DNA of 34,533 bases from Pseudomonadota bacterium (GTDB taxonomy: Bacteria > UBA10199 > 2-02-FULL-44-16 > JAAZCA01). Under the pieces are notes generated by a model. That model did not search any database, was not told where the DNA came from, and saw only the letters and a program-made list of their open reading frames with translations. The DNA is taken from assembly GCA_043822785.1 (NCBI GenBank), contig JBDRBN010000048.1, positions 1 through 34,533 on the forward strand, written 5' to 3'. The translations under genes were made by a program, and so were the position numbers. Shown here one piece after another: positions 27,602 through 34,533 of the stretch (its first letter is position 1; each line of letters opens with the position of its first letter).

Positions 27602-28725
27602 AAAAGACAAATCTGAGAGCTTTTAAAAAGGCTAAGCTCCTTGGGTCCAACGGCGTACTTAGCCTCTTAGGAAAAAAAGAGCTTCTGGGCAGAGGTGGCG
27701 CAGCATTTCCCATTGCAAAGAAATGGGAATTTGCTTTGGCCAAAAAAGCCGACGCTAAATATGTAATCTGCAATGCTGATGAGGGAGAGCCAGGAACGTT
27801 TAAAGATAAATATATAATAGAAAATAATCCTAAAACACTCATCGAAGGCATAATCATAGCTGCTCACGTGATACAGGCGAAAAAAGCTTTTATCTATCTT
27901 AGAGGCGAATACGAGTATCTGGAAAGGCATTTACAAAAAGCCATTAAAGAAACCTTAAGAGATGCACAAGCCGATATAGACATCGAGATCGTTTGTGGCG
28001 CAGGCGCTTATGTATGCGGTGAAGAAACTGCTATCATAAGATCCATAGAAGGATCCCGAGGACAACCATATTATAGACCACCCTTCCCGCCTGTTGAAGG
28101 TTTGTGGGGAATGCCCACGGTCATAAACAATGTTGAAACGCTAACTAACGTACCCCAAGCAATGATCTATGATAATTGGGATAAAGATTTAAGACTCATG
28201 TCGCTCTCAGGAAATGTTACAAAGCCCGGCATCTATGAGATGCCCATCGGAACTCCTCTTAGTAAACTGATAGCACTGGGAAAACCACGCAAAGAGATCA
28301 AAGCAATATACTTTGGCTGTTTTGGCGGATGCATGCCATATGAGGATATTGATTTAACATCAGAGAACGTCTGCGGTTTAAGCTGTGCAATCGGGTCTTA
28401 CACCATAGTAGTGGTCGATGAAGATCAATCTATTCCCCATGTAGCAGAATCGATAGCCAAGTTTTATGAACACGAATCTTGCGGCAAATGCACGCCATGC
28501 CGTGAGGGAACTGTGCGAATCTTGGATCTTATTAAAAAAATCAACGCTGGCGACGCAAACATGGCGGATATAGAAATCCTACAGGATCTGGCAGAACACA
28601 TTCACGAAACATCTCTTTGCGGTTTGGGCCAGACTGCAACTAGTCACGTGCTCACTGCATTAAAATATTTTAAAAACGAATTTGAAGCGAAAATGAAGGG
28701 TCAGTGTGCCGACCCTTCATCCTGA
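27589..28725 (+). CDS. NuoF-like FMN/NAD(H)-binding subunit (HydB), short form
   Basis: GRGGAAFP, CNADEGEPGTFKD, GAGAYVCGEETA, INNVET, HESCGKCTPCREG and SLCGLG. Only 378 aa. Confidence 0.93.
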   Translation: MQILKKTNLRAFKKAKLLGSNGVLSLLGKKELLGRGGAAFPIAKKWEFALAKKADAKYVICNADEGEPGTFKDKYIIENNPKTLIEGIIIAAHVIQAKKAFIYLRGEYEYLERHLQKAIKETLRDAQADIDIEIVCGAGAYVCGEETAIIRSIEGSRGQPYYRPPFPPVEGLWGMPTVINNVETLTNVPQAMIYDNWDKDLRLMSLSGNVTKPGIYEMPIGTPLSKLIALGKPRKEIKAIYFGCFGGCMPYEDIDLTSENVCGLSCAIGSYTIVVVDEDQSIPHVAESIAKFYEHESCGKCTPCREGTVRILDLIKKINAGDANMADIEILQDLAEHIHETSLCGLGQTATSHVLTALKYFKNEFEAKMKGQCADPSS

Positions 28726-28768
28726 GCGAAGCCTTGCACCATACGGTGCAGGGCGAAGTCGAAGGATC
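28717..28768 (+). repeat. REP-like repeat family A, copy 2
   Basis: TCATCCTGAGCGAA, hairpin GCCTTGCACC/GGTGCAGGGC, then GAAGTCGAAGGATC. Confidence 0.75.
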
Positions 28769-28772
28769 TTAA

Positions 28773-30446
28773 ATGCAGATACAAATCGACTCAAAAAATA
28801 TTGAATGCGATCCACAAAAAACCCTGCTTGAGATCTGCAAGGAAAATGGGATCGAAATTCCGACCCTCTGTGTGATCGAGGGGTTAAAGCCCGAAGCCAG
28901 ATGCAGGCTCTGTTTGGTAGAGATGAACGATAAGCTCGTCACCGCTTGCTCAACTTATCCTACCCACGACTGCGTGGTAATCACCAATTCCGCAAAAATA
29001 AAAAAGGCAAGAGAGATCAATGCAGAACTCATCATGGCAGAACATTTTGACGCCTGCTCGTTAGACAAAAAATCCAGTGATCTGTGTAAATTGATTGCCG
29101 ACCTAGGCTTGACCAGAATACGGTTTGAACCCATAAGAAAATATGAGCAGGATCTAAGCGAATCCGTACTCAGGGATGATAACAAATGTATAAACTGCGG
29201 AAAATGCATACGCGTATGCGGCGAAATAATGGAAGTATATGCCATCGACTTTGAAGGCAGAGGGCATAAAGAAAAAGTTACGCCATACTTTGGACATAAT
29301 CTAAATGATGTTGCATGCATCAAGTGCGGTCAGTGTATTGCGGCCTGCCCCGTTGGCGCCATATATGAGCGCGAACATCTTCACGAAGTTGTAGTCACGC
29401 TTACCGAGAAAAAGAAGCATGTTATTGTTCAAACCGCTCCATCTGTCAGAGTTGCCATAGGCGAAGAGTTTGGCATGCAACCAGGATCGCTGGTTACAAA
29501 TAAGATGGCCGCAGCGCTAAGAAGATGCGGGTTTGACAAGGTATTTGATACGGACTTTGGGGCAGATGTTACGATAATGGAAGAGGGATCCGAGTTTTTA
29601 AAAAGACTTAAGAACAATGGCCCATTCCCTATGATAACAACTTGCTGCCCTGCCTGGATCAAATTCATGGAGCACTTTGAGCACGATCTTCTGCCAAATA
29701 TGTCTTCGTGCAAGAGCCCACATGAGATGTTGGGCAGGCTTACAAAGACTTACTATGCTCAAAAATCCGGCATAAGCCCAAAGGACATAATCGTCGTTAG
29801 CGTAATGCCGTGCACTGCAAAGAAATTTGAATCCACAAGACAAGAAATTCGCAGTGACGTCGATTATGTTTTAACTACGAGGGAAGCTGCAAAACTCATC
29901 AGGCATTTTAATATCGATTTTATAAATCTCCCTGATGAGGAATTTGACGATCCTTTGGGCATCTCCACCGGCGCTGCTGTCATATTTGGTGCAACCGGCG
30001 GAGTTATGGAAGCTGCTTTAAGATCCGCCTATGAGCTAGGCACTGGAAAAAAGCTGGATAAGATTGAATTCGATCAGATAAGAGGCATGGAAGGAATTAA
30101 AGAAGGCGAAGTTTCTTTAAACGGTACGACCATCCGTTTTGCAGTTGCCCACGGCGGAAAAAACATCCGTAAACTTCTCACCATGAAAGATAGATATCAT
30201 TTCATCGAAATCATGGCATGTCCTGGCGGCTGCATTGGCGGTGGCGGCCAACCCTGGCCTACTACAAGGGATGTAATAGAGAAGAGGATGAAATCCATAT
30301 ATACAGCCGACTGCGCGCTTCCCATAAGAAAATCCCACGAAAACCCCGGAGTTCAGAAGCTATACAAAGAATTTTTAGGCGAGCCTCTTAGTGAAAAATC
30401 AGAAAAGCTTCTGCACACCACATATACCAAACGAAGCCCGTTTTAA
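28773..30446 (+). CDS. hydA: [FeFe]-hydrogenase group A catalytic subunit
   Basis: H-cluster motifs TTCCPAW, MPCTAKKFE and EIMACPGGCIGGGGQP; N-terminal 2Fe-2S and 2x[4Fe-4S]; C-terminal SHENP...LLHT. Confidence 0.96.
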   Translation: MQIQIDSKNIECDPQKTLLEICKENGIEIPTLCVIEGLKPEARCRLCLVEMNDKLVTACSTYPTHDCVVITNSAKIKKAREINAELIMAEHFDACSLDKKSSDLCKLIADLGLTRIRFEPIRKYEQDLSESVLRDDNKCINCGKCIRVCGEIMEVYAIDFEGRGHKEKVTPYFGHNLNDVACIKCGQCIAACPVGAIYEREHLHEVVVTLTEKKKHVIVQTAPSVRVAIGEEFGMQPGSLVTNKMAAALRRCGFDKVFDTDFGADVTIMEEGSEFLKRLKNNGPFPMITTCCPAWIKFMEHFEHDLLPNMSSCKSPHEMLGRLTKTYYAQKSGISPKDIIVVSVMPCTAKKFESTRQEIRSDVDYVLTTREAAKLIRHFNIDFINLPDEEFDDPLGISTGAAVIFGATGGVMEAALRSAYELGTGKKLDKIEFDQIRGMEGIKEGEVSLNGTTIRFAVAHGGKNIRKLLTMKDRYHFIEIMACPGGCIGGGGQPWPTTRDVIEKRMKSIYTADCALPIRKSHENPGVQKLYKEFLGEPLSEKSEKLLHTTYTKRSPF

Positions 30447-30806
30447 CAGAGCGAGTAACTACCCTTCACGAAATTCGTGTTAATCCTTTCTATCGATTTT
30501 ATTGATTGAAGGGATAAATGATGCGTTCGATATCTCGAAATAGTGGAGGGTTAAGGGTGTAGGCGAAGTATCAGCATATCGGTGTCGGTTCCGTTTGACG
30601 AAGAACCTGTAACCAAAATGCGCCCCTCTGAATCTCTGATGGTTTTTCTGATGGTTTTATGTGTTCAGCATTTTGATCAGTGTGTTCACATAATCAAACA
30701 AATCCGCCCTTCCAAGCTAGTAGACATCACCATGATTTTCTCACAATTTCATAGGTATACGTAATTTACTGCCTTGTGGCATCACATTTGCGAATGTTAA
30801 ACGCGC

Positions 30807-31544
30807 ATGAGATCGCCCACAGTGCTCATCGCAGTTGTCAACCGTCCACATGATCTTGAGATAATCCTCAAACAAAAGTGGTATCGCATACCCGTAGCAC
30901 GCATGCCTGTCAGAAAGTTTGAGTTCATCGCCTTTTATCAAACATCGGCATTAGGAAAACATGGAGGAAAAATCGAATATTACGGGCGCGTGTCAAAAAG
31001 GACTAAAGTAACAAGAATAGAACTGTTGCCAAAAGAGGTTTATAATCCGCGAGCACACAATGATTATTATAAGTTCGCGTTTCGTAAGATAACAAAACTT
31101 AACAAACCAATCATAAACAAGCCAGGCATTCGGGTTAACTTTGGGTTTGCATCATTATATAGGCTCAAGCGAGCAAGGACCCTTGCCCGCCTATATAGAA
31201 TACGGCAAATCGAAATTGTCTTTCGCAATCTTCTCAAAAAACACCGCATTCCTTTTGTCGCCGAATACGCCATCAAAAAGGATGGTAAGGTTCGATACCG
31301 CTTGGACTTCGCCTTTTTCTGTCAAAAAGGAAATATAAACGTGGAGTGTGATATGCGAAAGTTTCACAGAGGAATACGCCAGCTCAGAGATTCTCGTCGA
31401 GATCGGTTTATGAAAAGTTCTGGCTGGAAGGTGCTTAGGTTTTCTGATGAGCAGATACTGGGCCAGCCCTTGCAATGCATAAGTCAGCTCAAGAGCGAAA
31501 TAAAATCACTAGGCGGCGTGTGGAGTCCCCGCAAGCTATACTAG
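30807..31544 (+). CDS. DUF559/Vsr-like endonuclease domain protein with extra N-terminal domain
   Basis: C-terminal EY...YRLDFA...VECD...H...D..RD...GWKVLRF. N-terminal WYRIP...IAFYQ...IEYYG. Confidence 0.8.
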   Translation: MRSPTVLIAVVNRPHDLEIILKQKWYRIPVARMPVRKFEFIAFYQTSALGKHGGKIEYYGRVSKRTKVTRIELLPKEVYNPRAHNDYYKFAFRKITKLNKPIINKPGIRVNFGFASLYRLKRARTLARLYRIRQIEIVFRNLLKKHRIPFVAEYAIKKDGKVRYRLDFAFFCQKGNINVECDMRKFHRGIRQLRDSRRDRFMKSSGWKVLRFSDEQILGQPLQCISQLKSEIKSLGGVWSPRKLY

Positions 31545-32048
31545 TTATTCGATTCCTTTTGCTTTTACTGTTTTTCGCCACGCGGCATCGCCGAATTCCT
31601 TGGTAAAGTCCATCAATTTGTCCACGTGTTCATTGATCAAAGACATGATAAAGTCATCTTGTATTCTGGAGTCCATAAACTCTATTGTCAGAAACTTAAA
31701 TATATAATTGATTTCAGAAGACTCCGCATCATGAGCAAACTCATAGGCATCATCTAGGGTTACAATGTCATCCAACTTTTGCTTGATAGAGATGCTGAGT
31801 ACCTTTTTGATTGATTTTAACATAGAAGGATCAGCAGGAAGGACAAGCTGCGATTGGGCAAGGGATTCGCGAGCCTCTTGTAGCTTTTCGATATGCATCT
31901 CCTCATCTTTAGCCATGTCTTTCCAAAAATTGCTGGCTTGGGGTAGATGAGAAAATTTTTTTGCCACACCAGTATAGTAATCCTGCATCATCTTCTCTGC
32001 GGAAATCGCTAGTTCAAATAGCTCTTCTATGCTGCCTTGGTTTGTCAT
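31545..32048 (-). CDS. Ferritin-like / rubrerythrin-domain protein
   Basis: AISAE...YY...MAKDEEMH and AHDAE...INEH pattern. SD GAAGGGGG. Confidence 0.8.
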   Translation of the reverse strand: MTNQGSIEELFELAISAEKMMQDYYTGVAKKFSHLPQASNFWKDMAKDEEMHIEKLQEARESLAQSQLVLPADPSMLKSIKKVLSISIKQKLDDIVTLDDAYEFAHDAESSEINYIFKFLTIEFMDSRIQDDFIMSLINEHVDKLMDFTKEFGDAAWRKTVKAKGIE

Positions 32049-32192
32049 ATTTATCCCCCTTCCTCATGCATTCACAATTCGGTTATCCTTAACACACCTT
32101 ATATTAAACCTCAAATAAGATGATTGCTTTGGGCTTTTTAATTTACTCTGCCTCTGCTATTAAATGCATCAAATGTGGAGGGGTATGCATTC

Positions 32193-32810
32193 ATGACAAA
32201 GGATTGTTTAAGAATTCTGCTGCTCTTATGTACGACATTAACGTTGATATCCTGTGGTGGAGCAACCGGCTCTAGTGGAGGCACAGGCAATGACGGAGTA
32301 ACTGGCACGGATGAAACCTCAGCAGAGGCATCCAGGCTAAGCACAGTGGAAACCGAGCTGCTCTCCCTTATCAACGACGAACGCCAGGCCAGCGGGCTGC
32401 CTGCCCTGGCAAGGGATTCTGGCCTTGATACCATAATGCTGTGGCACGTAACGCACATGGCCACAGAGCATTTCTTAAACCACGAGGATATAAACGGCAG
32501 GGACGCCAACGAACGCGTTCAGTATTATAGCGGAAATATTTCAATGAGATGTTCTGAGATCATCCAATGGTGGGGCGGCAACGAGTCAGGCCAGGTCCAC
32601 TATCAGGGTTATTACAACAGCCCCAGACATCACGATGCTTATATGGAACAGGGAATATATAACTTGGGCGGCGCAGAGGATGTAGGAATTGCAGCGATGT
32701 CAGGACCAGGCCCCAAGGACTCAGAATACGCAGAAGTTAGTGGCAGCTACACAGGGCTTGTGATCTGCGATCAGGGCGTAACCCTGGATGTTGATCCGTT
32801 TTCTGAGTAA
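32193..32810 (+). CDS. CAP (SCP) domain lipoprotein
   Basis: Lipobox LIS-C and a Gly/Thr linker, then LINDERQASGLPAL, HVTHM...FLNH and NSPRHH. ATG 32193 follows GGAGGGG. Confidence 0.85.
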   Translation: MTKDCLRILLLLCTTLTLISCGGATGSSGGTGNDGVTGTDETSAEASRLSTVETELLSLINDERQASGLPALARDSGLDTIMLWHVTHMATEHFLNHEDINGRDANERVQYYSGNISMRCSEIIQWWGGNESGQVHYQGYYNSPRHHDAYMEQGIYNLGGAEDVGIAAMSGPGPKDSEYAEVSGSYTGLVICDQGVTLDVDPFSE

Positions 32811-32820
32811 AGTGTGGTCT

Positions 32821-33945
32821 CTATTTGTGAAAAGGAGGATAAGTGAGATCTGCGATCTTAAGCCCCTGCCTGCGCGAATAGATAAAAACACCTACTCCAA
32901 CCGCTATGAGCACCAAGCTCAATATCTGCCCCATACTTATATATTGAAACATGCCTGTTGATCTCTGAAAGTCCTGTGCGCGAAAGAACTCCACAAAAAA
33001 GCGCGTAATGCCGTATCCCACAAATGCGCACGCTGCTGTAATGCCAACCGTCTTCACCCTCTTCCTTATTATAAGAAGTACTGTGAGCAAGAGCACACCG
33101 CTTACCAAAAGTTGATAGAACTGGCTTGGGTGCCTAGGATCAGTGATGAGGCGCGCAACAAGCTCTATAGGTCCGCTCTCTCTTCCAACTGGAATGGCAA
33201 GGATATGGTCGGGAAAGTTCTTGCTTATAAATGCGAAGCTCTCATAACCCTGCTTAAACACTGCGCCCAAGGGTTTGAGATATGCCCTGCTCAAAAGCTC
33301 CCCGGCATCGGAAAAACGAATGAGCCTATATACATCGCCAAACCTATCGATACATAGCGGCCTTCCCACTCCATCGCTCATATAAAAGCGCATGGCCCAT
33401 GGAATGGCCTCGCTAGCTGAGCGACCATACAGCTCGCCATTTAAAAAATTTGCCGTGCGGATAAATATGGGAGCCACGGCAACGCACACGCCTGCCTGGT
33501 CGAGCACGTGGAGGAAATTGATCTTCGCCCTTCTGCAATACAGCCAAAGCCCCAGTATAAAACCTGCAGCTGCGCCATGGCTGGACATGCCCGACCAGTT
33601 GGTAAATATCTGCAAGGGATGTTCGATGAAAAACTCTAGATTATAGAAGAGCACATACGCTAGCTTTGCGCCCAAAAGAACGCCGATTATGGTGACGATC
33701 ATCAGATCAAAGACCTGATAAGGCAGCACTTTGAAGCTGCCGTCTCTCTGCCAATGTCTGATCATAAAAAAGATCACGACAAAGCAAAGAAAATAGGCAA
33801 AATAATACGTGCTGAGCAGGACAACGGTATCGCCTCCAATAGGCACGCGCTCGAAAAAATGAAATGCGCCGTCAAACCAGCTCAGCATGATAGTGGAGTA
33901 TTTTGGATTTGTGATTTCTGGGTGATTTATGACTGCTGGCAACAT
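32821..33945 (-). CDS. lgt: Prolipoprotein diacylglyceryl transferase
   Basis: GAKLAYVLFY, GMSSHG, IRTANFLNGELYGR, RHPSQFY and YGITRFFVEFFR. The ORF-track start at 34077 overlaps another gene and a terminator, so ATG 33945 is preferred. Confidence 0.92.
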   Translation of the reverse strand: MLPAVINHPEITNPKYSTIMLSWFDGAFHFFERVPIGGDTVVLLSTYYFAYFLCFVVIFFMIRHWQRDGSFKVLPYQVFDLMIVTIIGVLLGAKLAYVLFYNLEFFIEHPLQIFTNWSGMSSHGAAAGFILGLWLYCRRAKINFLHVLDQAGVCVAVAPIFIRTANFLNGELYGRSASEAIPWAMRFYMSDGVGRPLCIDRFGDVYRLIRFSDAGELLSRAYLKPLGAVFKQGYESFAFISKNFPDHILAIPVGRESGPIELVARLITDPRHPSQFYQLLVSGVLLLTVLLIIRKRVKTVGITAACAFVGYGITRFFVEFFRAQDFQRSTGMFQYISMGQILSLVLIAVGVGVFIYSRRQGLKIADLTYPPFHK

Positions 33946-33960
33946 GCAGGCAAGATTAGC

Positions 33961-33991
33961 AAAAAAAGGCCCTCTTTGAAAGGGGGCCTTT
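33961..33991 (-). terminator. Intrinsic terminator after the small membrane protein gene
   Basis: Minus strand reads AAAGGCCCCCTT-TCA-AAGAGGGCC-TTTTTTT. Confidence 0.75.
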
Positions 33992-34027
33992 AAAGACACA
34001 AAAAATAGGCACCAAATGCCCAATTCC

Positions 34028-34276
34028 TTATACCTTCGCGATCTTGTTGTATATCCACGCAAAAATGATCGATGCAATAAAGCCGTCTATAAACGCGATG
34101 ATGATGCCCAGGATGAGACCGCCGATTGTGGGCGAAAGCCACCCGAGGTAAAAGCCGTTTATCACATCAAGCGGCGCCATGCTCACGCCTGTCATGGCCA
34201 TGACAAACGCCCAGATCACTCCGACCGTGTACAGAATTGCTGCAGCCAAAGCAAATGCCTTAATATTTAACTTCAT
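34028..34276 (-). CDS. Small 2-TM membrane protein
   Basis: 82 aa, MKLNIKAFALA...YLG...GLILG...FIDG...FAWIYN. SD AAGGGGG. Confidence 0.8.
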   Translation of the reverse strand: MKLNIKAFALAAAILYTVGVIWAFVMAMTGVSMAPLDVINGFYLGWLSPTIGGLILGIIIAFIDGFIASIIFAWIYNKIAKV

Positions 34277-34300
34277 ATGTCCCCCTTTCAGGAAACTGGT

Positions 34301-34357
34301 TTGTCATTCCGATCAAGAGATCCTCGACTCGGCCGCAGGCCTCGCCCGGGATGACAA
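34301..34357 (-). repeat. REP-like repeat family A, copy 3 (degenerate, inverted)
   Basis: Minus strand reads GTCATCCCGGGCGAGGCCTGCGGCCGAGTCGAGGATC. Ends TTGTCAT/ATGACAA are inverted. Confidence 0.65.
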
Positions 34358-34417
34358 TATGGAAAAATTAATAGAATTAACACAAAAAAACAAGATGTTC
34401 TGCGTTAACGAAAAACA

Positions 34418-34533
34418 TTACCAGTCGATACAAAGCCTAAGACCTCTTTTTGTAACTCCCATGGAAAAATTTTCTCCGACCCTTCTGAACTCGACCATCT
34501 GGAAGAGCTCATCCACGATAAATGCGTTTGGGT
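34418..34533 (-). CDS. Possible 3' end of a gene entering from the right edge
   Basis: Open frame ...PNAFIVDELFQMVEFRRVGENFSMGVTKRGLRLCIDW*. No recognisable motif. Confidence 0.35.
   Translation of the reverse strand, partial: PNAFIVDELFQMVEFRRVGENFSMGVTKRGLRLCIDW

Noticed and set aside
27191..28725. Respiratory complex I nuoEF
   Set aside because: No other nuo genes are adjacent, and the pair is directly upstream of an H-cluster hydrogenase.
28723..28760. hydB TGA followed by a hairpin as a second Sec codon or a HydB-HydA fusion
   Set aside because: Read-through is out of frame with hydA and gives no recognisable sequence. The hairpin is part of a REP-like repeat and starts only 5 nt after the UGA.
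33946..34077. N-terminal 44 aa of the 418-aa lgt ORF
   Set aside because: It overlaps the upstream membrane-protein gene and its terminator, so ATG 33945 is more plausible.
299..34270. Many 60-130 aa ORFs antisense to or nested in the called genes
   Set aside because: Shadow ORFs with no motifs or SD, lying largely over well-supported genes.
1..34533. CRISPR array or cas genes (TM0106 has a RecB/Cas4-like domain)
   Set aside because: I saw no regularly spaced direct repeats with unique spacers and no cas operon.

Overview
Bacterial window with three parts. (1) Positions 1 to ~15,060 are the right-hand ~15 kb of an integrative element. It has a large serine recombinase running off the left edge, a gpII/X-like Rep with a SpoVG-like gene, and cargo of Bro-N, TM0106 nuclease, Fic, HNH, SEC-C, pRiA4b-ORF3/DUF6933-like, YkgJ and two paralogous helical proteins. 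It ends in a degenerate tRNA-3'-like att site and a perfect terminator. (2) Positions ~15.1-19.3 kb hold an orphan HTH/methyltransferase, an ATP-grasp protein, a MITE and a cold-shock gene. (3) Positions 19.4-30.5 kb are a compact selenium/formate/H2 locus: selD, a selenocysteine formate dehydrogenase (in-frame UGA plus SECIS, split in the ORF track), selB, selA, a tRNA-Sec that folds 7/5 rather than 8/5, and a stripped-down HydCBA [FeFe]-hydrogenase with mostly non-bifurcating signatures. A DUF559-like nuclease, a ferritin-like protein, a CAP lipoprotein and lgt follow. REP-like palindromes supply the C-termini and stop codons of selA, selB and hydB. Family assignments are from motif recognition by eye; no database searches were run.
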